NCBI RefSeq assembly: GCF_006345805.1
Contig: NC_043008.1
Location: 27,342,001-27,406,000 of the forward strand
Length of the DNA stretch: 64,000 bases
Origin: Octopus sinensis
Lineage: Eukaryota
Direction: 5' to 3'
Shown: positions 41,274 to 55,500 of the stretch, piece after piece
Layout of the letters: each line of letters starts with the position of its first letter
Numbering within the stretch: position 1 is the stretch's first letter
Program-made: the position numbers and the translations under genes
Notes under the pieces: model-generated
Databases searched by the model: none
What the model was told of the DNA's origin: nothing
Seen by the model: the letters and a program-made list of their open reading frames with translations, nothing else

Positions 41274-41950
41274 TTATTTCTGTTCTAATGGGGAATGGAT
41301 TTTTAGGCATGACTTACTACCACAAACGTAGCAACGTAGCTTTCTGCCTTCGACGGCCACATAGAAATTCGAACCGTCTGCCAGTTTGATAAGATGTGGA
41401 ATCATTTCAATGCGGATTGAATCAACTTGAGCAAGGATTTTCACTCCTTGACCAATTTTGCTGGTTAAGGACAGCGATTTCCACGATGTGGATTGCCTCC
41501 ACGATATCATAACAAATGTCGGACACAAGACATTTTGTTTTGCATCTCAGGGGCACATCTTTGATTTTTATTTTTGTGACCCTACGACCAAGGTATGTAG
41601 GAATAATAATCATTAGGTTCTCCGATTCAAAAGACTTTGTGGAGAGGCTCTTGGCTTGTTCTTCACTGTCGAATTTAAGTTCAATCGTGGCAATTTTTTT
41701 TTCCTCTAGTGATGTATGGGCCATAAACATTTTTCTACTGTTTCTTGAAAAGTCTTGTTTTTAAGTTGAGTGTTTTGTAAATGAGTTTTTTTTCCCGGGG
41801 TTTGCAGTTGTTTAATGTATTCATCTTTTTAAAACATTGTCTTGCATGCAAGTAATTCTTCCTTCGAAAACGACATAATTATTTTCTTCAGCTTTAAAGC
41901 TGCGGCAAAATTACTTGATCGTGTTGTTTGGGGTGGTGATGATGGTCGTA
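41274..41950 (-). mobile_element. Gag/ORF1-like remnant of a retroelement (degenerate zinc knuckle)
   Basis: IATIELKFDSEEQAK...PTYLGRRVTKIKIKDVP and YVAVEGRKLRCYVCGSKSCLK (decayed CX2CX4HX4C). Confidence 0.5.
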
Positions 41951-42358
41951 CTGGAGGTTTCTAGTAGTAAACGTTGTCTTTACTTTGTATCTTCTACAGC
42001 CAAATTGGCGTTCTTGTGCGGTCAAGCGAAACGACATTCTTTTCTTATAAGCCTCCCTCCCCTCCGCCTTCTGTAGATGCGGGAGGTCAATGAGATTTGA
42101 TTTAGCTATTTTCGTTTAGCAGATGGCAAAAGAAAACTGAAGAAATTTTTTTGGAAATTCACCCAAGGGGTGGGGTGAGGTGGGGGTTAAAATTTATTAT
42201 TTAAAGATTTATTTAGGTTGAAGGAGAAGACGTTAAATATGTCTTTGACAAAAAATATTTAGCAAGAAACAGTTTTTTCTATACTAATAAAGCCAACTTA
42301 CATGGAGCCGATCTGTCAACAATCCACGGATAGATAGAGAGAGAGAGAGTTAGATACA

Positions 42359-42431
<73 letters not shown>

Positions 42432-44199
42432 GTAGCTTGATAGATAGATAGATAGATAGATAGATATCACTCAACTGTAAGACTATAAGTTCACACATTA
42501 CTAAAGAGGAAACACTTCATTATACGCAACAGTCCCAACACAGATGTCACCACCTGTGTCTCACTCTGAGTTATCACCACAAATTAGCAAACACTTTCCC
42601 AAATTCTTCGAATCACGTGCGAATTGTCATGAATTATCACATGTCAATGATGAAAGTAATATGTATTTCAGATATATAGATATCCCAATTTGTCTTAATA
42701 GAAAGAGAACGAAGATTTTTCCAAAATTCAACAAAACCACAAAAAGACATTGGAAATAAATTCTACAGAATAATTTTTAAATGAAATAATATATCCTACC
42801 AGGCAACAACTAGTACAAGGTTCCATTCTGAGCTGTATCTTAAGACACAACCTGAAGAATTAACATCAAACTTACTCAATATCAAAGTAGCATTTAACGT
42901 CAAACAACTATACAAGGAAACTAGAAATGAATAAAGTAGATACAAAAAAAAAACTAGCAAATATTTCTAATATTTATATTCAAAAAGCCATATAATTAAC
43001 AATGAACTATTACATAGGGTAATTAGTAATATCCTTAACAACTAATGTGCTTATATCTTAACCTTTGTCACAAAACTAATGTAAGTAATCTGTAAATTAA
43101 GACTCTTCAGATAAAAACTCAATAAACAAACAAAAGAAATTACCTAACTATGAAGTAATGCAAAATTATTAACTTTTCCCGAAACGCAGAGGTGTCTGAA
43201 CGTATCAGTTCAAAAGTGAATGAAAACAAGTACAGTTCAGATTGCATTGACCATTAAATCCCATTAACACAATTCAAGTGAATTAGTCTCACAAAAACTA
43301 AACACAGTTCTATGCACAATCTTAGAATAAATTATATTTCCGCAATCAGTAACTCAAATCCAATATTTGGATTTAAACTACTACACAAGACCAAGACACT
43401 ATTCACAGAAGTGCGTGTGAGATTTACTGGAGAAACATGCGATACCTACCATTGAAAGTACCTTGAGTTTAGAAAGAAATTCAAGTCTATTCGCATGTAT
43501 TCATTAATATGAAAAAATATTGAACGCAACTGTGACTAACCATATAAATTGCTATTATGAAAATGGAACCTGTCAAAATTTCGTGAATTTGTTGTTAATG
43601 TACAAGTAACACAATATTAGAAGCTGTATTTCTCGAAAGGCGTAGCTTCAATAGAGTCTATTCAAAATTTTCGTCCTAATGCATTATTATTGTTTTGCAA
43701 AATATATATTCAAGCTTATACGCAAATATTGTCATGCACACATACAGACGCATATACACACAAAGATTCTTTTCTTTATATTGGCTCGGAAACACCACAA
43801 TCCGTTTTATTTGAGGTAGAATCAGGGTATTTGTGTAATGTCTATTAAATCCATTGTGCTTTTTCCCTACTAAAAAGTTAAGACAACGCGAGATATCTAA
43901 ATTTCAACAAATTACATTACAAAGGAAGCAAATCCTAGCCTTATACGTAAAATGATTGCCACAAATCACACTAATCACATGACTATTTGCAATGAAACAA
44001 ACATTAAAAGTGTAGGGCAACATTGTCATACGATAGAAGCAATTTTCTGTCGCAGTAAGTTACAAGTTCCTAAGATAAATAACAGTTATGAACATTTTTA
44101 TTACGTCTAGAAAGATTGATATGTACATTGTTCCTCCTGGCACCACAGTATAAAGGTGTCATGAACATATTGCAGCCATTGGGTTGATTTTAGTGGTGT

Positions 44200-45110
44200 T
44201 GATCCTAAAGGAATATGTCCAAGTGCTGTTAGATCATGTGAACTCAATAAAGCCATCCATTCAGTTCACAATGGAAAAGGAAAAAGACATTCCTGGACGT
44301 ATTGATAACACGCACCAAGTATGGATTGAGGACATCCGTATACCGCAAGGCGACCTTCACTGAATGATACCTAAACTTCAATTTCTACCATCCAAACAGT
44401 GTAAAAAGAGGGATTGCTCAGTGCCTAAAGCATCATGCAAAGAATATAAGTAGTGATCGTGATACACAGCACGAAGAAGTGATCAAGCTGAATATCAATC
44501 TATTAAGCAACAACTACCCTAAAAATATATAACACACTCCAATTATGAAGAAAAGAGAGGATGAAACCAATAAAATGTCCACGGTCTGTCTACCCTATGT
44601 GAAAGGCCTCTCCGAAAAGATAGAAAAGGTATGCCGCCCATATGAAATTAGGACAGTATTCAAGAGTAATACAGCACTTCGCAAATATCTCCTTCGATTA
44701 AAACCACCAATAGCAGAGAATATGACCAAAGATTGCATGTACTCATTCTCATGCAGCTGCGGTAGGTTATACAAAGTGTAGTCCATCATCTCAAAGTTGT
44801 GACATGAGGAGGTATTAATAAATCGGCTATAGCTGATCATGTATGGAAAAATGGAGACCGCCTCCCCCTGTGGGATGAAGTTAAAATAATAGACGGAGAA
44901 CACCACTGGAAAACACAAAACTAAAAGGAGCAGCACATTTGCTAGAACACAACACCGTCCTAATCAGACCCAGTGCAGATATGAGTAACATATGGAAACC
45001 GGTATTAAGGAAGGATAGCGAAATATTAGATTTATAAGGCTTAAAATTCACTCCATAATTGCCCACGGGCATAGTGGCTACTAACCCCAAGATTCAGAAT
45101 CCGATTCCCA
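44200..45110 (+). mobile_element. PLE (Poseidon-like) 3' half with an internal deletion in the GIY-YIG
   Basis: LLDHVNSIKPSIQFTMEKE..FLDVLITR...VYRK; HPNSVKRGI; LPYVKGLSEKI...YSFSCSCG; AIADHVWKNG...WDEVKII. Confidence 0.85.
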
Positions 45111-45119
45111 GCAATGACT

Positions 45120-45895
<776 letters not shown>

Positions 45896-45908
45896 AATAA
45901 TAATAATA

Positions 45909-45961
<53 letters not shown>

Positions 45962-46029
45962 TTGATGATGATGATGATGATATCGAAAAATACCTTTGGA
46001 ATGAGAACCAATGTTCGAAATGTTCCCAA

Positions 46030-46075
46030 GACACCTGATGAAGCCTGGAGAGTATATCAGCCGAAACATTGCGTT
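46030..46075 (+). ncRNA. Minimal PLE-type HHR in a pLTR fragment (~45985-46125), degenerate
   Basis: GACAC-CTGATGA-A-GCCTGG-AGAGTATA-TCAGCC-GAAACAT-T-GCGTT. The core is intact but each stem has a mismatch. Confidence 0.55.
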
Positions 46076-46128
46076 AACTATAAACAAGATGAGGACAAAT
46101 ATCCATCAAATATATATAATGTGAATAA

Positions 46129-46331
46129 GAGAATCCCTGGAGAAAGACATCATGCTCGGAATGGTCAGTGGCAAGAGAGGAAGAGGCCGACCAAGAATCC
46201 ACTGGCTTGACACCATCAGGAGTGATACCGGAATGGACATGGCCAATCTGAAGGAAGCAGCCCAGGATAGAACTGACTGGAAGACACTGATCCAACGAGT
46301 GACCGTGAGTCGACTTCGACTGAGCGGATAG
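46129..46331 (+). mobile_element. RTE (BovB-like) LINE 3' end
   Basis: ESLEKDIMLGMVSGKRGRGRPRIHWLDTI...LKEAAQDRTDWKTLIQRVTVSRLRLSG*. Confidence 0.85.
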
Positions 46332-47649
46332 AGAGAGAAATAATGTATATAACTCCTCATCTCTTAAATATAGAACAGTATATTTAAATATGTATTCATA
46401 TACACATGGATGTAAATAGTCGCATACAAATGAGTTATATACATACATACATAATACTCATATATGTATGCATATATGTGTGTGTATGCTTGAAACAATT
46501 GTTTCAACTCTTTAGAAATTATGACAAACCATTACCTTAGATTATAGTATTATTTCATGGGAAACAGAAAGACAAAACCCAGATCTGAACTCCTAACAAA
46601 AATACAAGTTACTTTGTGCAACGATTTCAGCAAATCAAAACCAGTGGAGCAATATACTCAAATGCAAATTGCCTTCCTCTATATTATGCATATCTTCTTA
46701 CAATTGAAATAGTGAATATGTAAAAAAGTATGCAGCATAAATTTCATTAAAATGTTCATTCAAAGTAAAGAAAATGTTCATTCTTTAATGCATTACATTT
46801 CAAGTCAAGAAAATAAAAAATAGGTTGAGATGTATAATAATCTAGCGGAGGCTTTGGAAGCAAATATTACTACATATTTTCAACCTAAAACGCTGTCAAT
46901 GATATTAAAAGAAAAGAAAAATCAAAATTCATTTTTGAATTTAAAACTTTATTAAATTTAAGAAAATGATAATTTCAAGAAAATGCACTTTTTAAAATAT
47001 ATTTTCCAATCTCTCTATCGGAGCACAATAGTAATTTTAATATTTTTTCCTCTCCAAACTTATGACTTTATCTCAAATTTAATCAGATTTTATATTCCGA
47101 CGTTTAAAAAATCGAAAATTATTTCTATTTATGTGATTTTCCCCAACTAATTGTTTCAAACTGAACTTTTGATTGAATTTTTTGAAGTAGTGCAAGAAAT
47201 GTTGAACATGTATGAACAGACCACAAATATTTTTATTCAAAACATAATAACGAAACATACAAGAGTGAATTGGTAAATAATTAAATAAAAATTTAAAAAG
47301 AAAACTAAGCTAACGCTTAGAATATATCTAATGGAATTTTAAGCAACATTTAAAAACTATACTTGATCATACATCCTTTAAATTGCTTCTAAGAATATTT
47401 GCTAAGCCAAAAAATGTTTCCTGCTTGGAAAATCTGTATTCTATTACTTGTTTCTCTATCTGCATTAAAACAACACGAACGACATCTAACAAATTGAAAG
47501 ACTTAACGAACACTGGCATTTCTCCATCAGCATACTTTCACCACAAAATGGTTGTGAAAGAAAATAAGAATGTGTGCAATGATTAATTCTATATAAGGTG
47601 CCTATTACTTTATATCTTCCACACCGTAGGATGATGTTATACATTACCT

Positions 47650-47790
47650 GTCACAATGGGGCTTTCTGGCATTGTTTAGCCATTAAATGATGCCACCTCA
47701 TTGGTTAGGTGGCCAGTCCATTCCAGCGTTACTCATTTACGACTGCGTAAGCTGGAATAATATCAGAAATGTTTTGCTCAGCACTGTTGG
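47650..47790 (-). mobile_element. Degenerate SINE fragment
   Basis: Homologous to 22625-22740 and to the core of 2955-3100. Confidence 0.5.
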
Positions 47791-49300
47791 AGTGTCATTG
47801 TGAGACAAATGTTCTATCATTAACAGAAGTATTGCTTCTACAGGAACTTAACCTTGCATCCTGGTGATAATTTATCGCAACCTCTCTCACATTATTTTCC
47901 ACAGCATGTTCGGTGATATCGTCAGTTGCTGAGCTGTTTCAATGCATCGAATGAATGTTCAGAATAATTTGGTCAAGCCTTTTTCACTCTAATGCATTTG
48001 TTACCTATTCGCCACTGCTCACAATTTTATTTTATACAATGCCTATCAACTTTGTCCTTTGCAGGGTGGTCTCTGCAATGCCAACAATATTTTCAGACTA
48101 TTTTCTTTCTAACAACGATAGTAACTGGGTATTCAATTCATGCTATCATGTAACAATAACATTTTTACATTAGATACAACCCTCTTCGAGAGTAATATAA
48201 AAAGTGATTGGTGTCTTCTATTGGTTTACATAGAATCTTGTGTGAGCCAATGAAAATTGGTCGAAATATTCTTGGAGGAACATCATATCGCATGTTGCGT
48301 CCCACGCTGTCGTTGTTAAAATTACTGCAGGCAAATTCAGTGTGCTTAAATGTCTCGGAAAGCGGAAGCCTTAAAACTATTAATCCTTAAAATTATCAAA
48401 CACCACTCCATTAATCAATAGCTGGTATTTTTTCTTTCATTTAAGCTTGAGGCCGAATACTTTGTTTGGTGTTATTTCATAATGTTGCGCAGATATGGAT
48501 AACATATTTCATTGTGCACACTCTGGTAATTAGTATCAGGTCCCCTCCTCCTTCTTGTGAAAAACATTCTAACTTTTCAATTACGGACTAGTCATGAATA
48601 TCGTGTGTCTCACATCTCTAATTCCTTCTCCAGCCTTCATATATACATTCCCTTGCAATGCGCATAGAGGTGGATATAGTAGCAGTCTAAAACACCTTTT
48701 TGTCTTCTGTTTCACACGTTTGTCACTTTTAAGTGATCATTACCAAGTAGAATAGATAGAATGAAAATAGCATTCTGTTGCCTATCTTCCGTAAGTTACA
48801 GACAATAGTGATTTCTTAGTGTATAGTCACAAGAACAGTAATTCAATGCATAATAATTTCTTCTATAAATCCTAGAAAGCAAATAAAACGAAACGATTTA
48901 AGCTTTTTTTCGTCCGTGATTTTCTGTTCTTTACGATATATTGCAAAATATTCTAAAATTGCGTGAGTGCGTGTGTGTGTGAAAGAGAGAGAGAGAGGGG
49001 GGGAGAAAAAAGGGAGAGAGAAAGAGAGAGATAGAAAGAAAGAGATACAGACAAACTGACAGTGATGGATTGGCGAATGGGAGAGAGTCAGAGTTAGAGG
49101 GTGAGAAAGAGTGGGAAACAAAAAGGGAGAGAACGTTAGAAAATCTACATTATAGGTTTGTCTTCTACGCTTATGAAAATTGCATTCTCTAATGTGTATG
49201 AGCTAAAATATTTTGAATAACATCTCAGCTTCAAGTGGAGCAAATATATGAGTGATAAATGTTGATACTCTGATACATCAGTGTGTGTGTATATATGTAT

Positions 49301-49338
<38 letters not shown>

Positions 49339-49492
49339 AAGACATAAATGCCTATATATACGCACACATATTCGCAGTTACACATGCAAGATATATATTT
49401 CTATATGCACACATTCGCATATACATGCATAAACGCACATATACATATTAACTTATATATGCGTAAACCCATAGATAAACATATACACACAG

Positions 49493-49533
<41 letters not shown>

Positions 49534-49664
49534 CACACAAGGTGCGTAAGGCATTTGAGAACATACATTTTTGGGGTCATTGCAGCATATTTTGCTAACT
49601 CTGTATAATCTGTATAATGTTTCACAAAATAATACTGGCAGATTTCCGTCTTACTCAAGAAATG

Positions 49665-51010
49665 AAGAAGGAAAGAATAATAGAAAGTGGTACGAGATTT
49701 AGATAAATATATACTTACATATAAGAGACCAAAGTGTACGTGCACCGCTATATGTTTTTTATATAGAAAATACAAAATGGGACAAGAACGCAAAACATCA
49801 AGAAAGGTGATGCAAAAAGGGACAATAAAATATTCAGATAGACGATACAAAGAAAACAAGGACGGGTCATTAAGTGTTTTCTTTCCACAGTTGAATTCCA
49901 GATTATCTTTGTAATTTCGGCTGGTTATACTCGAGATTGCTCCAATGTCCTGTTATTTGAATTTGTGTAACATTCTCCATTTTTTCCCGTCCTTGTCTTC
50001 GTAAACATTCGCTGCTTTCATCCAAGTAATCTAATGCTCTTGGCTTAGTTTTTCCTTGGAGCTGGCCAGATTGGAGCAATCTCGAGTATAACCAGCCGAA
50101 ATTGCTAAGTTAATCTGGAATTCGACTGAGGAAAGAAAACTCCCAATAACCCGTTCTTGTTTTCTCGGTATCTTCTATCTGGATGTTGTTTACCATTTTT
50201 TGTATAACCTAAATGTCTGAATGTTTTGCGTTCTTGTCCCATTTTGTATTATTTATATATAAAACATATAGCGGCGTACGTACAATTTTGTCTCTTATGT
50301 GTAAGTATATATTTATCTAAATCATGTACGACTCTATTCTTTCTGTTATTCTTTCCTTCTTTCTATTAACCCTTCAATGCTTACTTCGTTCAATCCACTC
50401 TTCGTTCTTTCGTTCCCCTTCTCTCACAATTCCTTGCCTTGTCTTCATGTTCACTTTCTCTCCTCTTTTCACTTCACTGTGTCCCTGTCATTTTCCTCGC
50501 CTCTCCTTATTTGTTCTGTCCCTCTGCGCTTCAACGTCTCTCTCTTCTCTCCCAACGTGACCGGTGTTCGGACAAGCCTGATTTTCTTTCTTAGATCGGC
50601 CGCCGTCTGCGCAACATCTATATTCCTCCATGTGCCTGTGGAATCCTGTATCATTGCCGTAAGGCTTTACTTCCACACATGCCAGCGTAATTTAATTCGT
50701 CCTTAGTCGAAAAACACCTGTTGTTATGTCCTGTTATTTGTATTTGTGTAACATTCTCCATTTTTTTCCGTCCTATTTTTCGTATACATTCGCTGGTTTC
50801 ATCCAGGGAATCTAATGCTCTTAGCTTAGTTTTTCCTTGGGGCTGGCCAGATTGGAGCAATCTCGAGAATAACCAGCCGAAATTGCACAGATAATCTGAA
50901 ACTCGACTGAGGAAAGAAAACTCCGAATGACCTGTTCTTGTTTTCTTCTTATCGTCTATCTGTATGTGTTTTTGTTCCATTTTTGTATCACCTAACAATC
51001 TGGTTGTTAT
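49665..51010. repeat. Inverted-repeat cassette of PLE pLTR-like architecture
   Basis: Arms ~49665-49946 and ~50070-50360 around a 123-bp spacer. The spacer plus right arm recurs, diverged, at ~50726-51010. Confidence 0.75.
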
Positions 51011-51026
51011 ATGTATATATATATAT

Positions 51027-51095
<69 letters not shown>

Positions 51096-51231
51096 GAGGG
51101 CATTATACATACATGCCAGAGGGCATTATACATACATGCCACACGCTAAGAGGGACAATTAGTCATTTCTACCAAAAATATTACTAATCCCACCGAATGC
51201 AATTTTTCAAAGTAAGACATTTAAAAAATAT

Positions 51232-51279
51232 AGACCTGTATCACAGTGATTTCATACTTTCGTATTCATCAGCAGGCCT
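51232..51279 (-). ncRNA. Type I hammerhead ribozyme, array unit 1
   Basis: AGGCCTG-CTGATGA-ATAC-GAAA-GTAT-GAAA-TCACTGTGA-T-A-CAGGTCT: 7-bp stem I, 4-bp stem II with GNRA loop, near-palindromic stem III, AUA triplet; predicted cut between 51239 and 51238. Confidence 0.92.
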
Positions 51280-51707
51280 GAATGTATCATAAATAAACGA
51301 CCCTGTCCCGCTTAAGCCGATCAGCTAACTGATCAACATCAACGAAGCACATGGGTGAGTTTACATATATTACATCCTGTAAATGGCATACATTTACGAA
51401 TTGCATTTCGGGAAAGGAAAAGTTTTTTCGGAATAAAAATTTAGCAATTAAGGACAACTACTTAATAAGGAAAACTTAACAAGAAATTGTCAGGTAGATA
51501 GCGTGAAAACCTCATGAGAGAAAAAAATTCGAAAATAATTATTTCTTATTGAACATATTAATTTATATATAGAGGGCATTATACATACATGCCAGAGGGC
51601 ATTATACATACATGCCACACGCTAAGAGGGACAATTAGTCATTTCTACCAAAAATATTACTAATCCCACCGAATGCAATTTTTCAAAGTAAGACATTTAA
51701 AAAATAT

Positions 51708-51755
51708 AGACCTGTATCACAGTGATTTCATACTTTCGTATTCATCAGCAGGCCT
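51708..51755 (-). ncRNA. Type I HHR, unit 2
   Basis: Identical to unit 1 (loop GAAA). Confidence 0.92.
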
Positions 51756-52183
51756 GAATGTATCATAAATAAACGACCCTGTCCCGCTTAAGCCGATCAG
51801 CTAACTGATCAACATCAACGAAGCACATGGGTGAGTTTACATATATTACATCCTGTAAATGGCATACATTTACGAATTGCATTTCGGGAAAGGAAAAGTT
51901 TTTTCGGAATAAAAATTTAGCAATTAAGGACAACTACTTAATAAGGAAAACTTAACAAGAAATTGTCAGGTAGATAGCGTGAAAACCTCATAAGAGAAAA
52001 AATTTCGAAAATAATTATTTCTTATTGAACATATTAATTTATATATAGAGGGCATTATACATACATGCCAGAGGGCATTATACATACATGCCACACGCTA
52101 AGAGGGACAATTAGTCATTTCTACCAAAAATATTACTAATCCCACCGAATGCAATTTTTCAAAGTAAGACATTTAAAAAATAT

Positions 52184-52231
52184 AGACCTGTATCACAGTG
52201 ATTTCATACTTACGTATTCATCAGCAGGCCT
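52184..52231 (-). ncRNA. Type I HHR, unit 3
   Basis: Intact, loop II GTAA. Confidence 0.92.
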
Positions 52232-52655
52232 GAATGTATCATAAAAACGACCCTGTCCCGCTTAAGCCGATCAGCTAACTGATCAACATCAACGAAGCAC
52301 ATGGGTGAGTTTACATATATTACATCCTGTAAATGGCATACTTTTACGAATTGCATTTCGGGAAAGGAAAAGTTTTTTCGGAATAAAAATTTAGCAATAA
52401 GGACAACTACTTAATAAGGAAAACTTAACAAGAAATTGTCAGGTAGATAGCGTGAAAACCTCTTAAGAGAAAAAATTTCGAAAATAATTATTTCTTATTG
52501 AACATATTAATTTATATATAGAGGGCATTATACATACATGCCAGAGGGCATTATACATACATGCCACACGCTAAGAGGGACAATTAGTCATTTCTACCAA
52601 AAATATTACTAATCCCACCGAATGCATTTTTCAAAGTAAGACATTTAAAAAATAT

Positions 52656-52703
52656 AGACCTGTATCACAGTGATTTCATACTTACGTATTCATCAGCAGG
52701 CCT
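52656..52703 (-). ncRNA. Type I HHR, unit 4
   Basis: Intact, loop II GTAA. Confidence 0.92.
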
Positions 52704-53128
52704 GAATGTATCATAAATAAACGACCCTGTCCCGCTTAAGCCGATCAGCTAACTGATCAACATCAACGAGCACATGGGTGAGTTTACATATATTACATCC
52801 TGTAAATGGCATACATTTACGAATTGCATTTCGGGAAAGGAAAAGTTTTTTCGGAATAAAAATTTAGCAATTAAGGACAACTACTTAATAAGGAAAACTT
52901 AACAAGAAATTGTCAGGTAGATAGCGTGAAAACCTCATGAGAGAAAAAAATTCGAAAATAATTATTTCTTATTGAACATATTAATTATATATAGAGGGCA
53001 TTTACATACATGCCAGAGGGCATTATACATACATGCCACACGCTAAGAGGGACAATTAGTCATTTCTACCAAAAATATTACTAATCCCACCGAATGCAAT
53101 TTTTCAAAGTAAGACATTTAAAAAATAT

Positions 53129-53175
53129 AGACCTGTATCACAGTGATTTCATACTTACGTATTCATCAGCAGGCT
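53129..53175 (-). ncRNA. Type I HHR, unit 5
   Basis: Core intact; 1-nt deletion in distal stem I. Confidence 0.88.
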
Positions 53176-53601
53176 GAATGTATCATAAATAAACGACCCT
53201 GTCCCGCTAAGCCGATCAGCTAACTGATCAACATCAACGAAGCACATGGGTGAGTTTACATATATTACATCCTGTAAATGGCATACTTTTACGAATTGCA
53301 TTTCGGGAAAGGAAAAGTTTTTTCGGAATAAAAATTTAGCAATAAGGACAACTACTTAATAAGGAAAACTTAACAAGAAATTGTCAGGTAGATAGCGTGA
53401 AAACCTCTTAAGAGAAAAAATTTCGAAAATAATTATTTCTTATTGAACATATTAATTTATATATAGAGGGCATTATACATACATGCCAGAGGGCATTATA
53501 CATACATGCCACACGCTAAGAGGGACAATTAGTCATTTCTACCAAAAATATTACTAATCCCACCGAATGCAATTTTTCAAAGTAAGACATTTAAAAAATA
53601 T

Positions 53602-53649
53602 AGACCTGTATCACAGTGATTTCATACTTTCGTATTCATCAGCAGGCCT
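53602..53649 (-). ncRNA. Type I HHR, unit 6
   Basis: Intact, loop II GAAA. Confidence 0.92.
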
Positions 53650-54076
53650 GAATGTATCATAAATAAACGACCCTGTCCCGCTTAAGCCGATCAGCTAACT
53701 GATCAACATCAACGAAGCACATGGGTGAGTTTACATATATTACATCCTGTAAATGGCATACATTTACGAATGCATTTCGGGAAAGGAAAAGTTTTTTCGG
53801 AATAAAAATTTAGCAATTAAGGACAACTACTTAATAAGGAAAACTTAACAAGAAATTGTCAGGTAGATAGCGTGAAAACCTCATAAGAGAAAAAATTTCG
53901 AAAATAATTATTTCTTATTGAACATATTAATTTATATATAGAGGGCATTATACATACATGCCAGAGGGCATTATACATACATGCCACACGCTAAGAGGGA
54001 CAATTAGTCATTTCTACCAAAAATATTACTAATCCCACCGAATGCAATTTTTCAAAGTAAGACATTTAAAAAATAT

Positions 54077-54124
54077 AGACCTGTATCACAGTGATTTCAT
54101 ACTTACGTATTCATCAGCAGGCCT
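54077..54124 (-). ncRNA. Type I HHR, unit 7
   Basis: Intact, loop II GTAA. Confidence 0.92.
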
Positions 54125-54552
54125 GAATGTATCATAAATAAACGACCCTGTCCCGCTTAAGCCGATCAGCTAACTGATCAACATCAACGAAGCACATGGG
54201 TGAGTTTACATATATTACATCCTGTAAATGGCATACTTTTACGAATTGCATTTCGGGAAAGGAAAAGTTTTTTCGGAATAAAAATTTAGCAATTAAGGAC
54301 AACTACTTAATAAGGAAAACTTAACAAGAAATTGTCAGGTAGATAGCGTGAAAACCTCTTAAGAGAAAAAATTTCGAAAATAATTATTTCTTATTGAACA
54401 TATTAATTTATATATAGAGGGCATTATACATACATGCCAGAGGGCATTATACATACATGCCACACGCTAAGAGGGACAATTAGTCATTTCTACCAAAAAT
54501 ATTACTAATCCCACCGAATGCAATTTTTCAAAGTAAGACATTTAAAAAATAT

Positions 54553-54600
54553 AGACCTGTATCACAGTGATTTCATACTTACGTATTCATCAGCAGGCCT
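54553..54600 (-). ncRNA. Type I HHR, unit 8
   Basis: Intact, loop II GTAA. Confidence 0.92.
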
Positions 54601-55025
54601 GAATGTATCATAAATAAACGACCCTGTCCCGCTTAAGCCGATCAGCTAACTGATCAACATCAACGAAGCACATGGGTGAGTTTACATATATTACATCCTG
54701 TAAATGGCATACATTTACGAATTGCATTTCGGGAAAGGAAAAGTTTTTTCGGAATAAAAATTTAGCAATTAAGGACAACTACTTAATAAGGAAAACTTAA
54801 CAAGAAATTGTCAGGTAGATAGCGTGAAAACCTCATGGAGAAAAAAATTCGAAAATAATTATTTCTTATTGAACATATTAATTTATATAGAGGGCATTAT
54901 ACATACATGCCAGAGGGCATTATACATACATGCCACACGCTAAGAGGGACAATTAGTCATTTCTACCAAAAATATTACTAATCCCACCGAATGCAATTTT
55001 TCAAAGTAAGACATTTAAAAAATAT

Positions 55026-55073
55026 AGACCTGTATCACAGTGATTTCATACTTACGTATTCATCAGCAGGCCT
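55026..55073 (-). ncRNA. Type I HHR, unit 9
   Basis: Intact, loop II GTAA. Confidence 0.92.
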
Positions 55074-55500
55074 GAATGTATCATAAATAAACGACCCTGT
55101 CCCGCTTAAGCCGATCAGCTAACTGATCAACATCAACGAAGCACATGGGTGAGTTTACATATATTACATCCTGTAAATGGCATACTTTTACGAATTGCAT
55201 TTCGGGAAGGAAAAGTTTTTTCGGAATAAAAATTTAGCAATTAAGGACAACTACTTAATAAGGAAAACTTAACAAGAAATTGTCAGGTAGATAGCGTGAA
55301 AACCTCATAAGAGAAAAAAATTCGAAAATAATTATTTCTTATTGAACATATTAATTTATATATAGAGGGCATTATACATACATGCCAGAGGGCATTATAC
55401 ATACATGCCACACGCTAAGAGGGACAATTAGTCATTTCTACCAAAAATATTACTAATCCCACCGAATGCAATTTTTCAAAGTAAGACATTTAAAAAATAT

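Noticed and set aside
42100-42480. Helentron/DINE-like non-autonomous element (TCTATACTAATAAA plus GATA tract)
   Set aside because: Termini and hairpin could not be defined with confidence.
43545-43585. Possible 29-nt minus-strand micro-exon (ag-GTTCC...TATATG-gttagt, GSIFIIAIYM)
   Set aside because: Weak acceptor and no partner exons identified; it needs RNA-seq.
47800-48600. Possible piggyBac-like remnant on the minus strand (NVIVT...LLERK..NIVG)
   Set aside because: Only a faint motif resemblance, with many stops and no termini.
50125-50160. CTGAGGA...CGAA motif (also ~50905) as an HHR
   Set aside because: No proper stem II, GAAT/CAAT instead of GAAA, and no consistent stem I.
51096-51571. 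Pol III A/B boxes in the array monomer (TGGTAGAAATGA and GTTCAATAA on minus)
   Set aside because: Poor matches to consensus, and several T5-T7 runs would terminate Pol III.
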